Positions 1 to 14,396 of a stretch of DNA of 64,000 nucleotides are shown here, piece by piece. This DNA is from Octopus sinensis (taxonomy: Eukaryota). The DNA lies in assembly GCF_006345805.1 (NCBI RefSeq), contig NW_021830454.1, forward strand, positions 887-64,886. Reading direction: 5' to 3'. Position numbers and translations under genes: made by a program. Position 1 is the stretch's first letter. Each line of letters starts with the position of its first letter. The notes below the pieces were generated by a model that was given only the letters and a program-made list of their open reading frames with translations, ran no database searches and had not been told where the DNA came from.

Positions 1-88
1 ATCTCCCAGTTCAAGCGTTGTAAACCGCAAGACTTCTGGTCTCAGCAGCACTGTTTCCAGCACTGATGAGAAATAAAAGTATTAGAAA

Positions 89-480
89 GAGTGGCTGTGT
101 GGTAAGTAGCTTGCTAACCAACCACATGGTTCCGGGTTCAGTCCCACTGCGTGGCATCTTGGGCAAGTGTCTTCTGCTATAGCCTTGGGCCGACCAATGC
201 CTTGTGAGGGGATTTGGTAGACGGAAACTCAAAGAAGCCCGTCGTATATATGTATATATATATGTATGTGTTTGTGTGTCTGTGTTTGTCCCCCTAGCAT
301 TGCTTGACAACCGATGCTGGTGTGTTTACGTCCCCGTCACTTAGCGGTTCGGCAAAAGAGACCGATAGAATAAGTACTGGGCTTACAAAGAATAAGTCCC
401 GGGGTCGATTTGCTCGACTAAAGGCGGTGCTCCAACATGGCTGCAGTCAAATGACTGAAACAAGTAAAATAAAATAAAAA
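89..480 (+). mobile_element. tRNA-derived SINE, family A (full length, internal TA/TG microsatellite)
   Basis: Pol III A-box-like GTGGCTGTGTGGTAAG and B-box GGTTCAGTCCC; 3' tail GGCGGTGCTCCAACATGGCTGCAGTCAAATGACTGAAACAAGTAAAA; several homologous copies elsewhere in the window. Confidence 0.9.
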
Positions 481-1059
481 AAAAACTATCTTGACAGACC
501 TAGCGTCAAAACGAAATAGTTCCAATACGTGGCCAGTTAATCTGAACAACGACCAAGGTTCCAACCCGTATTACGGGAACCGAAGTTCTTTATAGACAGA
601 CATAGGAGTGAAGAAAAGGTGTTGTGTTTATGTGGTTACGTATGAAACGTTTCAAAGACATCGGGGTCACAATTACGAATACAAAACCAACAAAAAATAC
701 AATAAAACAACAACAATAACAATGAGATAAACTACGTACTGAAACAAGTCGTTAACTCTTTGTTTAGACGGTGTATCGATTTATTTAATGATGTATTTGT
801 TAAATAGTTTTGTATTGAGGTTGGTTGAATTTTATTTTAAATGTTGTTAACTTAAAAAAAAATAATAAAAAAGAGTTGTTTTTCAATCATTCACAGAATA
901 TTTTCACTGTATTAATTTTCCTATTATTTCGGCAATTACAATCTCATTAAATTCTCCATTTGTTTAACATTTCTCTCCCCCAACCTTGTTTTTAAAGAGT
1001 AAAACGTCAATAACAACTAAGATTTTCATAGTCCGTGTAGAAATGGCGAATATCATCAT

Positions 1060-1095
1060 TATTATTATTGTTGGTATTGTTGTTATTATTGTTGC

Positions 1096-1171
<76 letters not shown>

Positions 1172-1194
1172 GGTGTTGTTGTTATTATTGTTGC

Positions 1195-1247
<53 letters not shown>

Positions 1248-1335
1248 TTATATTATTATTATTAATTTTATTATTATTATTATTATTATTATATTATTAT
1301 TATTATTATATTATTATTATATTATTATTAATGTA

Positions 1336-1409
<74 letters not shown>

Positions 1410-1447
1410 TTATTATTAATGTAATTATTATTATTATTATTATTATA
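1060..1447. repeat. (TAT)n microsatellite, imperfect
   Basis: Direct reading; explains the poly-Ile/Leu/Tyr ORFs. Confidence 0.95.
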
Positions 1448-1494
1448 ACGATTGAAATGATCAATGATTTTTTTAAATACTATATTTAATTTTT

Positions 1495-1715
1495 TCCATC
1501 TGTTTCAGTCATTGGACTGCGGCGAGGCTGGGGCACCTCCTTAAAGGGTTTTAACCGAAGAAATTGACCGTTGCACTTAATTTCTAAGTCTGATAATTAA
1601 TCTATTGGTCTCTTTTTGCCAAACCACTAAGTTAAGCGGACATAAACAAAACAACAATTAATCAAAGGGTATCGGGACAGACACAAACACATAGACAGGC
1701 GCGCACGCCACGCAT

Positions 1716-1757
<42 letters not shown>

Positions 1758-1905
1758 TTACGACGGTCTTCCATCCGTTTCCATCTAATAACAAGGTTAT
1801 GATCAGCCGAGGGCCATTGTAGAAAACATTTGGCCAAGGTGTCACGCAGTGGGATTGAACCCGAAGCTATCTAGATGGGGAGCAACCTTCTTATCAGACA
1901 GTCTT
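1495..1905 (-). mobile_element. SINE family A, diverged copy
   Basis: Reverse complement of the tail (TGTTTCAGTCATTGGACTGCGG) at ~1501 and of the head (CACGCAGTGGGATTGAACCC) at ~1843; (CA)n at the usual internal site. Confidence 0.8.
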
Positions 1906-2500
1906 GCTTCTATAAGGCTTATCACACTTTTGTATTTTCGGGTGCTTGTCGCATCATAAGATGTATCTAAGATTTCATTACATTTTTTTTACTCATATTC
2001 TTAAACAATATATTATTCGAACCCTTTCTCAAATTTCATCCAAGCATTTTATAAAAGAAATGGTATCAGATAAAAAAAAGTCTTCTATATTCGTTAATAA
2101 ACGAACGGGGCTGTCAAATCTGAAATATATTTGGTCATAACTTTCTTGATAAGTGTTGGCCTGAGGCTCTAAAGCAACGACAAAAACTGGCATAGCGATG
2201 GGGTTCGTAAGCTCCTTTTGGAAACAGGCAGTTTTCTGGTTCAATCGCGATGCACGGTACTTTGAGTTAGTGTTTTTCTACATATAGCTCAGGACTGACC
2301 AATAGCTTATGAGTGAATTTGGTTGACAAACTGTGTGAAAGCCCGTCATGTATACAAACATATATGTATACTTACATAGATATGTGTGTGAGTGTGTGTG
2401 CTTTATAAGAATTTATAGAAAGGTATCCCATAGAAACTCAACAAATATGTTAAAAATAAATGAAATATAATTCAACCATTCATACACATACATGCACATA

Positions 2501-2545
<45 letters not shown>

Positions 2546-2556
2546 TCATATATACA

Positions 2557-2857
2557 TGAAGGCACGTGGCTTAGTGGTTAGGGTGTTGCACTAACGATTG
2601 CGAGAGAACAGGTTCGATTCCCAGAGCGGGCGTTGTGTCGTGTTCTTGAGCAAAGCACTTCATTTCACGTTGCTCTGCAATCGTTTCGTCATCTGACATG
2701 TGGCACACGGTGTACCTGAACAGGTAATGTCGATTTGATGGAGGGAGTGAACTTATGTCAACACAAATATTTCATCCATGTAAACAAATCCTTTGTGTAG
2801 TTGTTCGGCAAGGAATGGCCGAACCCTCATACATCGTCTAACAACAGAAGAGTTCAT
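2557..2857 (+). mobile_element. tRNA-derived SINE, family B variant
   Basis: GGCACGTGGCTTAGTGGTTAGGG A-box, GGTTCGATTCCC B-box, followed by the TTGAGCAAAGCACTT segment shared with 21524 and 29612. Confidence 0.75.
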
Positions 2858-2866
2858 TATATATAT

Positions 2867-3075
2867 AGCCGTAGGAAGCATCGACGCCTCCTGATGGCTT
2901 TGACACATTTTTCCTGTGTCCTTATATACATTTACGAAGGACAATCATCCTGAAACACGTGTCCCTAGATGCACCCCTGGCGGCCGGGGGAATTTGTCTC
3001 CCCTTCGTAAATGTATATAAGGACACAGGAAATATGTGTCAAAGCCATCAGGAGACGTCGATGCTTCCTAGGGCT
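2867..3075. repeat. Inverted repeat, 74-bp arms (3 mismatches), 61-bp spacer
   Basis: 2867-2940 is the reverse complement of 3002-3075 by manual comparison. Confidence 0.9.
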
Positions 3076-3204
3076 AAACAGCGGTGGTGTACCCCCCTAC
3101 TGTCACGTTCGTGTTAGATTGACAGTATACAACCATTCTATATATATATATATATAATATTAATTAGAGACAAAACCACTATTAAAACTATTAAAACCAC
3201 TAAT

Positions 3205-3261
<57 letters not shown>

Positions 3262-3263
<2 letters not shown>

Positions 3264-3360
3264 GCCGATTTGTTTGCCTAGAAACTCTCAAGGCGGTGCT
3301 CCAGCACTGCTGCGTCAAATGACTGAAACAAGTAAAAGAATAAAAGAATTAAAGAATAAA
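3262..3360 (+). mobile_element. SINE family A, 3' tail fragment
   Basis: GGCGGTGCTCCAGCA...AAATGACTGAAACAAGTAAAAGAATAAAAG. Confidence 0.8.
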
Positions 3361-3384
3361 ATAATATAAATACACAGACACGAA

Positions 3385-3560
3385 TGGATGCTGGAATGTT
3401 CCTGGTTTTAGTTAAAAGAAAATACAAGAGGATCAGTTAATTATGATTTTATTCAACATATTCTTCTCTTAGATTCACGCACTTTAAGGTGATAAAAGGT
3501 TGTTTCGGGAAGATTTGGTTTCTATTTCAGGAAGGTCGTTTTACCACGTAGCTCACAGAC
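3385..3560 (-). mobile_element. Mariner-like element, right-end remnant
   Basis: Minus strand ends ...CVNLREEYVE*, like a mariner transposase C-terminus; related segments at 21666-21790 and 50061-50130. Confidence 0.55.
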
Positions 3561-4019
3561 TTTTCCTTGTTTTGTTCTTGTTAAGGCTTCTATGCCTATT
3601 GTTGCTGTTGCTGTTGTTGAGGTCGCTGCTGCTTTTCTTGTATCAGAAGTAGCAGTTGTTGTCCTCCTCCTCTTCTTCTTCTTCTTCTTCTTCTTCTTCT
3701 TCTCCTTCTCCTTCTTCTTCTTCTTCTTCTTCTTCCAATCAAGACTCATGCCATTAGCCACAAAGAATAATCATTAATTCGAGCCTACTCTAAGCTACTA
3801 AGAATGCATGTGGCAACTTGAAGATTCACCCAACACACGCGATAGACTCGCGGTTGCACGGGCGCAAAAGCTACGTTGTTATCCTCATTCCGTAAACGGT
3901 GACTTTTAACGGGTGGAGAGCTGAACCATCCTGGGGTACAGAGGATTCACAATCTAGACTAGGGTCTGAAAGTTTACCACACCATAATCGGTTACCCCAT
4001 GGTTCCTCTGCTTTGTGGT

Positions 4020-4213
4020 AGAAGTAGGAAGAAAGAGTGAGAGAAAGTTGTGGCGAAAGAGTACAACGGGGTTCAACACCACCCTCCGCCGAAGCCTCGT
4101 GGACCTTAGGTGATTTTGGTCAATAAACACTCACAATGTCCGGTCTGGGAATCGAAACTGCGTTCTTACGACCGCGAGTCCGCTGCCCTAACCACTGGGC
4201 CATTGCGCCTCCA
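4020..4213 (-). mobile_element. SINE family B, 5' part
   Basis: Minus-strand head GGAGGCGCAATGGCCCAGTGGTTAGGGCAGCGGACTCGCGGTC...TTCGATTCCCAGACCGG; matches 50420-50775 and 54031-54327. Confidence 0.85.
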
Positions 4214-4579
4214 CGCTGCCGTTGTGATCGTTTTTGCTGCTGTTGGTAGGATTACCACTGTTGCTCATGTTGCTGCTATTTTTTGTTCTTACTGTTGTTG
4301 TTGTTGTTGTTGTTGTTGTTGCTGTTGTTCATGCTGCTGCTGCTGCTGTGGTTGCTCTTGCAGCTTTTAATGCTGTGGTTGCTGTTGCTGTCGCTGTTGT
4401 TGTTGCTGCTGCTGTTTCTGCAGCTGTTACTGTTGATGCTGTTGTTGTTGTGAATTCTGCTGTTGTTGCCGTCATCGTTGTTGTAGCTGCTGCTCTTGCT
4501 GCTGGTGCTGTTGTTGTCCCCCACCCTACATTAACCTTAATCGTGCACACCCATGATCAAAGGCAATAAACCCTGCCGA

Positions 4580-5620
4580 TCTCTCTCCCTTTTTCTCTCA
4601 CTATATCTCTCTTTCTCATGTATTATTTCTTCCTTGTTATCCCTCTTTCTTTTTAACACACACACACACACTCTCTCTCTCTCTCTCTCTCTCTCTGTAT
4701 CATTTCTCATAGACTGAAACTCATCGATACACTCCCACTTTTTCTGATGTACTTGTCTCTCTCTCTTTCAATTTTCACTCTCACTACTCCTCTCTTTCTC
4801 ACTACCCCCTCTCCCTCTCTTTCAACCTCTCTATCTTAAACTACCCTTCTTCCTCTTGCTCTCTCCTCTTTCTCTCTTACTCTGTCTCTCAGACAGTCCT
4901 CTCTCTCCGTGTTATTTCTTTTCTCTCTCCTACTCTCTTATCTCTTTCTCTTGCCTCTTGCCTCTCTCACTCTCTTACTATCTCCTCTCTCAAACTCATC
5001 TCTCTCTTTCTCCCTTTCTCTGTTTCTCCTCTATCTCTCACTTTCTTCCCTCTCTTTCCCTTACACTCTTATCACTCTCTTACTCTCTTCTCTTTCCTTT
5101 ACTCTCTAATCTGTCCCTTACTCTCCTCTCTTTCTCTTGCTCTCCCGTCTTTCTACAACACTCTCCTCTCTCTCTCGCTGACTCTCTCCCTCTCTTTCTC
5201 TTATTCTCTCATCACTCCCTCTCTCTCTTACTCTCTTCCTTCTCTCTCACCCTCTTTATATCTCTATCGTTTTTAACTGAAACTCCTATTTTTCCACATT
5301 TAAAAAAATTTCCACATTGATCCTTTTTCGTCCTTCATTTACTTCTGACTTCACTCAGACTCGCACTCCTTGAAGCTCAAAGTTATCTTTTCACATTTGT
5401 AGCTTCACATTGCCTTCTTCTCTTTTACACACACATACAACACTCACTCACACACCCAGTAAACAGACACAGAAACACGTAAACACACTGATACTCAAAG
5501 TTATGCTTGCCAATTTGCATTTTCAATTTCCGTTTCTCTCTCCTTCTCTCTCTCTCTCTCTCTCTATCACCCTATCGCTTTCTCTTTGACTCTCTCTCTC
5601 TCTCTCTCTCTCTCTCATAC
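4580..5620. repeat. CT-rich low-complexity tract / (CT)n
   Basis: Direct reading; source of the Leu/Ser ORFs. Confidence 0.9.
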
Positions 5621-5673
5621 ATACTCGCGCGGTCACATACAAACTCACGCTCAACGAAGGTTAAAGTTTTTTA

Positions 5674-5903
5674 CAGTAATCCCTCTCCATATCGCGGTTT
5701 AGTGATTGTGTACTCAGTACATCGCGGTTTACCTATCGCGCACTCATTACATCGCGGATTTTTCTGACTAATATATGTAGATTCTCAATATATATAAACT
5801 CCTCAGTATATCGCGGGTCTCTGCTGCCGATACGTATTTATATTCTTTTAGATTTTAATTACTTCTGTGGGAGATTACACCCGCGACAATCAATAGATTA
5901 CTG
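5674..5903. mobile_element. Tigger/pogo-like MITE
   Basis: TA|CAGTAATCCCTCTCCATATCGCGG left end, degenerate CCGCGACAATCAATAGATTACTG|TA right end, repeated ATCGCGG subterminal motifs, TA on both flanks. Confidence 0.65.
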
Positions 5904-6330
5904 TACTTGCATTTGAGCTTTCATTTCCACTACTCCTCTCCTTTTCTTCTTCTTTCTTTCTTTCTCTTAATTTTTCTCTCATTAACTGAAACTTAAAATT
6001 ACTATACCACCTTTATATTTCCAGATTCGCCTTTTCACCAATTCGCTTTCTACTAGTCTTGCATTGATCTCTGTTTCTAGCATTTCCACGAACTCATTTT
6101 CAAAATTATCTTTCCACTTCCTCTAGCATTTTCGCTCTACCGCTTTCATCCTCTCAATAAAAAATCTATTTTCCACCTTCCTTAAGTTAGCAGTTTCACA
6201 ATTCACTTCTTTATTTTTATTGCTCACATCTGTCTGTCTGTCTCTCTGTCTCTGTCTCTCACTGCCCTTCACTTTATCTATCTATCTATCTATCTATCTA
6301 ACTATCTATCTATCTATCTATCTATCTATA

Positions 6331-6370
<40 letters not shown>

Positions 6371-6494
6371 AATCTATCACCCTATCATCCTTTCTTTATC
6401 TATCTCTATCTCTATTCATGTCTCCTTCATTCGCTCTCCCCCTCTCTCTTTCTCTCTCTCTCCTGCTCTTCCACATTTTCTTCACTTCCACGGG

Positions 6495-6761
6495 CATGGT
6501 AATGGCATTATGGTTAAGAATCTCACCTTGCGATCACGTGGCTTCGAATTCGATCCCACTTCGTGGTACCTTGGGCTAGAAATGCCATGTATTATATCTA
6601 TGGGTCGACCAATGCATTGTGAGTGAATTTGGTGGTCAGAAACTGTTGCGGCCTGTCGTATACATACACACACACACACATACATACATACATACATACA
6701 TACATACACATACATACATACATACATACATACATACATACATAGAAATGCTCTCACACAC

Positions 6762-6813
<52 letters not shown>

Positions 6814-7078
6814 TATATATACACACACACATACATCAATGTCTGCGACTGTGTGTCTTTGTGTCTTATTCTGAGTCCAACACTCACTAACCATTTGACA
6901 GTAGGTGTTGTTTTGTTTACATTCCCGTAACTTAGCGTTACTTCATAAGAGCGACTGATAGAATCGATACCTCACTTTACAAAAACAGAATTACTGTTAT
7001 CAATTGGCTTCACTAATCATCTCTTGTAAGCAATGGTCCAGCATGGCTGCAGTCCAATGACTGAAACACGTAAAATTT
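6495..7078 (+). mobile_element. SINE family A, diverged, with expanded internal (TACA)n/(TA)n
   Basis: Degenerate head with B-box TTCGAATTCGATCCC; tail CCAGCATGGCTGCAGTCCAATGACTGAAACACGTAAAA. Confidence 0.7.
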
Positions 7079-8274
7079 GAAAGATATATTCCATTCCTAA
7101 ATATCCTTTCTCCTCTATCTTGGACATACATACATACATACATACATACATGCATACATACAGACATACATACATACACGCATTCTCTCTCTCACCTCCC
7201 ACTCTCTCCCATACACACACACTCTCTCCCACACTTTCTCTCTCTCTCTCTCTCTCTCTCTTCCCGTCTGTAGACCCTTTTTATTCTCTCTCTGTCTCTC
7301 TTTCTTTCTAGCTGCCCCATTCATGGAAACTCATCTATAACTTTCCACTTACGTTCTAGTTTTCTCTTCCTCCCTTTCCTCATCCTCCTCTTTCTCCTCC
7401 ACCTCCTCATTATCATCATTCTCCCTTCCTCTCTCTCTTTCCTTATCGTCATTCTCGCATCCTCTCACTTTCCTTCTGATCATTTTCACTCCCAACTATC
7501 TCTCACCCTCTCTCTCTTTCTGTCTGTCTGTCTGTCTCTCTCTCATTCTCCCTTTCTCATTCTCTCTCTCTCTCTCACTCTCTCTCTCTCTCATTCATTC
7601 ATTCAAACAAAACTTATCTATATTTTCCACATTTTCTTAATTTTCGATTTCACATTTCTTCCGCCATCTCTCCCTCTCTCTCTCTCTCTCTCACTCTCTT
7701 TCACTCCCAGCTTCTCACTCTGTCCGTCTGTCTGTTTGTCTGTCTGTCTCTCTCTCTCTCTTTCTTTCTCCCTCTCTCTCTCACACACACATACACACAC
7801 ACACACACATATACAAATATCGCTCACTCACACACAAACTTCCATCTATCTTTTCGTTTTTAATTTCCCGCTCTTTCACATACGCAAGCTTTCAACCTTT
7901 TTCTCCTTTCCGTATCACTCTTACTCTTTCCATTTCTCCTCTCTATCGCTTTCTCACCCATTCTAACATTTAAATCTTTCTCTCCCCATCTCTCTCTCTC
8001 TTTCTTTATTGACTTCTTTATTCCATTTCTTTTTCTTCATCACTTTCCTTCTCTTTTTCCATTTCTCTCTCACTCTTCTTTCTTTCTCTCTCTCTCTCTC
8101 TCTTTCTCTGTTAATTTCACTTTATCACTCTCTCTCTCACTTACCCTATCCCTGTGTGACAATCACTCTCTCTCTTTCACTCTCTTTAGCTCCTTTGCGC
8201 TCTCTAAGGAAACAAATAATAGGATACCACTGCGATGGCTACTGCTGCTGCTAATATTTTCGTTGCTCTTGTTA

Positions 8275-8900
<626 letters not shown>

Positions 8901-9327
8901 TGATAATGATGATGGTGACGAAGATGAAGACGAAACGACGACGATGGTTGTCGTGGTGGTGGTCGTGGTGGTAGTGGTGGCAGTGCTGTGATCAACTTCC
9001 TCTTCTTTCTTCCTTAGCCTTCTGCATTGTTTATTTTCTTTCTTTCCTTTTTCCTCCTTCTCCTCATGCCACTCCTCATCCTCCACCAACACCCGCACCC
9101 ATCCCATTCCATCCCGTCCCATCCCCCCCACTTTTCCTTTTCCAAGCTGCTGAAACAAAACTGGATGCAGTCTTGCAGTGAATCGAATGAAAGAAAGCAA
9201 GCTCGGCTGAAGATGGTTTCGTGAAGCTTGGTTGATGGATGTGTGTATGTGTGTGTGTGTGTGTGTACGTGTGCGTGTGTGTGTGTGCGTGTGCTAGTGT
9301 CTGTATTATGTATATACACACGCACGC

Positions 9328-9362
<35 letters not shown>

Positions 9363-9590
9363 CAGTGTATGTGTATGTGCATTATATATGTATACACATA
9401 AATACATATGTATATACACACAGGCACATATATACTTATATATATATATATATATACATATACGTTACATATACTTATACATACACTCATATATATATAT
9501 GAACTATAAGATGCATATATATATATACGTATATATATATACATATATATGTATATCATGTATATATATTTATATATATATATATGTATG

Positions 9591-9625
<35 letters not shown>

Positions 9626-10008
9626 TTACACACACATTTACATATATAGTTATTTATGTATATGTATATATATATATATAGATATATACATGTAAATATA
9701 CATTACATACATATATACACACACATGCACATATATATATATACGTACCCACACATTCGTATGCATCTATTTATGCTTGTGTATATATGTATATATATGT
9801 ATATATCACACACACACACACACACATATATATCACGCATTTCACACGCACTCACACTTTCCCAAACTCTCTCTTACTCTATCTCCTCTCTCACTTTGAG
9901 TGTGTGTGTGTGGTGTGTGTGTGTGTGTGTGTGTGTTTGTACATAGAGAAAGAGAGACAATAAATTTATGTGACAGAGATATAGACAGAAGGAGGAGAGA
10001 AAAGGTAC

Positions 10009-10050
<42 letters not shown>

Positions 10051-10499
10051 CTGTGAATAAGGGTAAAGTGAGGCGAATTGTGGGACAGAAACAAAGATGC
10101 AGAGACAGAGCAAGAGAGAGAGAGAGAGAGAGATTGGGAAAAAGAAAGAGAAAGAAAGAGAGAGAGTGAGTGAGTCAAGGAAATGAATGTCTAAAGAGAA
10201 GGTGCGACTGAGTGATAGTGAGAGGTAAAACGAAAGGGGGCAAAAAGAGAAAAGATGGATGATGGTGGCAGTGGTGGGGAGGCAATATTGACAGGATGAT
10301 GAGGGGGGGTTCATATGTGGAATACGGGGAGGGGTTATGTGATGTGCAGTGGAGTGTATTGGAGTGAGGTGAAGTAGTAGTGGTAGCAGTGTAAGTGGGG
10401 GAAAGGGAGGTGGGGCGACTGTCGGTATGGTGGTGTTTTCCCTTTGATCAGCCAAGCATGGATGTCGAATCAAGCATGGCGTGGAAAGCTCTAATACAC

Positions 10500-10612
10500 A
10501 GCACAGCCACCGTACGTAGGCTCTACTGCTACCACTACCACTACCACCTTCACTACCGCCAACATCACCACCACCACTACCATCACTAATTCTACCACTA
10601 CTACTACTGCTG

Positions 10613-10668
<56 letters not shown>

Positions 10669-10722
10669 GCCGAACACTAATTCCATTATCATCATCATTG
10701 TCGCCGTCATCATCACCACCAC

Positions 10723-10755
<33 letters not shown>

Positions 10756-12066
10756 TTTCATCATCGTCATCATCATCGTCATGATCATCATAATCATCAT
10801 CGTATTCATCATCATAATCATCATCATCATTTTCATCATCGTAATCATCATCATCGTATTCATCATCATCGTAATCATCATCATCGTAATCATCATAATC
10901 ATCATCATCATCATCGTTATCCTCATCATCCCCCCTACCACCGCTGTCGCTACTACCGCCCTTGTCATCACCTCCACTGCCTTATCGTCATCACTATTAC
11001 AGCCACTACAACAACTACAACCAACACCAGCACCTGTACCAGCACCACTGCTGTTACCTTCACTGCAAACACTGCAAAATATACCACTATACCAGCATCG
11101 TCACCGCTACCACTTTTACTACTACCACCAACACCATGACCACCGCCTAAATAACACTTCTGTCAATTTTATAATTGCAAATACTATCAGCTTCATCACC
11201 ACCACTACCATCACCATTACAACCACCACCTTCACTGTCATCACGCTCATCACCACCACATTCATCATCACCACCACCGCCACCGTCACCAGTGCCATCA
11301 TTACAACAACTACCGCCTCCGCCGCCGACGCCACCACCATCATTACCACTTCCGCTACTACCACCAGTATACTACTTCCATCCGCCTATACCACTTCCAT
11401 CAGTTCTACCAAAGTTACCATTCACACTATTACCATCACAACCACCACTGCTACCACCATCACTGACACCACCACCATCACCACCACTACAATCGTCACT
11501 ACCACCAATATCATCACCTCCACCAACACCATCATTACCGCCACCACCACCATCATCACAGCCACCACCACCACCACCACCACCACCATCACCATCATCA
11601 CCACTACCATCACCATCTTTACCGCCACCACCACCACCATCATCACAGCCACCACTACCACCATCACCACCATCACCATCATTACCATCACCATCTTTAC
11701 CGCCACCACTACCACCGTCATCTCCACCACCATCACCACTACCATCACCATCATTACCGCCACCACCATCGCCTGTAACTAAAACACATCCTACAAACTA
11801 CCTTCAACTACAACAATAAACAAACATTGCTGACACCAGAAACACTACCTCCACCACCAGCACCACCACCGCTACGCCACCGCCACCACCACCATAATTT
11901 TTTACCAATAACAGTACTACCTCCGAAACTGTCACCTTCTTTCACGAACACTACCATCAAATGCACACACCCACCACCACTACCGCCAATACAAAGCATC
12001 GGCCAGAACACCTCATAATTGAAACGACCACTAACAACAACAACAGCAACAACAACAACAACAGCA
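10500..12066. repeat. Degenerate (ACC)/(ACT)/(CAT) trinucleotide low-complexity region
   Basis: Direct reading; gives Thr-, Pro- and His-rich ORFs in overlapping frames on both strands. Confidence 0.85.
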
Positions 12067-12094
12067 ACCAAGGGAATATTTAAATTGTCTCCCA

Positions 12095-12290
12095 GCGTGT
12101 TAGAAATAGCACCAAACTATCCCTCAAATCACGCCTCTGCCATTTTAGTAAAGGTGACGTTAGTTAATGAAGGCCAGGTTCACAGCCGCTTAGTAAAATT
12201 GCACGATGGTCATGACTAGGATGATTTTTGCTATAGGTATACTCGTTTGAGGCTGACCTAGGGCTAAAGAACAAGCAAAACTCCAACAAC
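12095..12290 (+). mobile_element. Dispersed repeat family D (probable SINE 3' portion ending in AAC-type tail)
   Basis: TTAGAAATAGCACCAAACTATCCCTCAAATCAC...GCTGACCTAGGGCTAAAGAACAAG; homologous to 12545-12710, 28745-28830 and the 26961-27735 unit. Confidence 0.6.
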
Positions 12291-12544
12291 AAGATGGCGA
12301 CCAAATGATGGATTTACTTCCTGCTCACTTGACTTGCTGGATAGCGCAGCAGCATCTCTAATGAATCGTAGACTACTTTTTGCAGATACGATCATTGACT
12401 AAAATGGTCTTATCCAGTGTGGGCATGGCTGGAACGTCTATGCTATAATAGCGAAAATAACAAAAGAAGGACACTCGGTTTTCTGGGAATAGCAGTCAAA
12501 TGTTTCACATATTTCCTTGTTTAGCTTCAACAGAAGGATACATA

Positions 12545-12710
12545 ATTTGCTAGAAATAGCAGCCACATGTACCTCAAATGTCACCATTAGTTCTTTGAAT
12601 GAAGAACACGTGGGATATGGTAGTTTTAACAACAGTCAAAAACAGAGAGTGGTCAAGGATGAATGGCTGTTGACCTGGGCTAAACAGCAACTACAACAAT
12701 AACAACAACA
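12545..12710 (+). mobile_element. Dispersed repeat family D, second copy
   Basis: TGCTAGAAATAGCAGCCACATGTACCTCAAAT...TTGACCTGGGCTAAACAGCAAC. Confidence 0.55.
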
Positions 12711-12747
<37 letters not shown>

Positions 12748-13179
12748 TACAACGGAAATAGCCAGTAGAATAGCAATTAAGCAATGACCACAAGTATAAC
12801 AACAATAAGAAGAGTAACAACAACAACAGCTATAATCCCAATAACCACTGCAAAAACACTACAACCGCATCCACCACCACAAACGCCGCCGCTGACGCCA
12901 GCAACACCACCACCGACGTCCATCAGCACTGCGGTCACCACCACCACCTCCTCTGTCGAGATCGACACGACTACCGCTGGTCACTCTGCTGGACAGACTA
13001 CATGTACCACTACCACAGACATCGCCATAAATCCATTTGCGCCACCACCGCCTTCCCGTTCCTTGGTGCATTAGAGAATGGTTATCCTCAAACCATTCCC
13101 CCAAAGAAGCTTCTCTTTCTCTCCCTCTCTTTCCCTTCGTTCCTCTCTCTCCCTACCTTCCATCTTCTCTTTCTCTCTA

Positions 13180-13969
13180 CCACCACCATCACCACCAACT
13201 TCACTAACTCACCGGAAGCTACAGTCAGTATATTAACTATCATCATCCCCACTGCTACCACCAACACCAATACCACTACCACCATTCCCGCCACCACCAC
13301 CAATACCACTACCACCATTCCTGCCACCACCACCACTACCAGTCACCACCACAACCACCTCCACCACCAAAACCACTACCGCCGCCACTACACCACCACC
13401 TCCATCACCACAACCACTACTACCACTACCACCACTACTATTACCACCACCCACACTACAGACAGCACCGCCACCAATATTACAACAACACTATTCCAGT
13501 CATTTTACTACAACCACCACCACCATCATCATCATCACGATTGCTACCATCATCACCCCACCACAGTCCACGACTAACAGTACTACCACCACCGCCACAT
13601 TTTCCCACCAACTGCTAAACGCACGACCACCCTCAACACCGCCACTACCACCAGCACCTCGCTGCTCCTGTTACAGACTGCACCATCACCACCACCGCTA
13701 CCACCACCTCCCTCACCATTACCACCACAATTACACTACAATTATTACCACTAACACTACCACCATTAACATTTCCAGCATCACTACTCTCACCAGCACC
13801 ATTAGTAACGCCACCATCACTATTGCTACTACTACTACGACCTCTTCTGCTTCTCTTACTACTACTACTACTATTACTACTACTACTACTACTGCTGCTA
13901 CTGATACTACTACTACTACCACTACTACTGCTGCTGCTGCTGCTGCAACTGCTGCTGCTACTACTACTA

Positions 13970-14002
<33 letters not shown>

Positions 14003-14065
14003 GTACTGCTGCTGCTGATACTACTACTACTACTACTACTACTATTGCTGCTGCTGCTACTACTG
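13180..14065. repeat. (ACC)/(ACT)/(GCT) compound low-complexity region
   Basis: Direct reading. Confidence 0.85.
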
Positions 14066-14362
14066 GAGACAATATCACCACCGCCTCCCCCACCATCATC
14101 ATCAACAACACGACTAACATACTCTCTCTTCGTCCCTTTTCTTCCATAACCCCTCTCTTTATAATCCCCTTCATCTCTATTTTACTCTCTCCCCTCATCG
14201 TTCCTCTATGCTTTCTCATTAAATACTCAAGCTTTTCGCGCCTATTCCCCCAACATCATTCTTCATCTCTTCAAAACTTGTTATTCCTATTCTTTTTCTT
14301 CTTCTTCTTCTTCACTTATTTTGATTCTCCTTCTCTTTCTCCTTCAGTTTCACATTTTTACT

Positions 14363-14396
<34 letters not shown>

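Noticed and set aside
52-90. CTGATGAG...AATA AAAG TATT AGAAA hammerhead-like string
   Set aside because: No stem III or cleavage site, AU-only stem II, and it runs straight into a SINE head; compatible with chance.
4150-4213. tRNA gene
   Set aside because: A and B boxes are present but there is no acceptor-stem pairing; this is a SINE head, as are the other tRNA-like heads in the window.
10781-11819. 333-aa Thr-rich and 214-aa Pro-rich ORFs resembling mucin or extensin
   Set aside because: They are overlapping frames of a decayed (ACC/CAT)n tract that is open in several frames on both strands, with no signal peptide or splice context.
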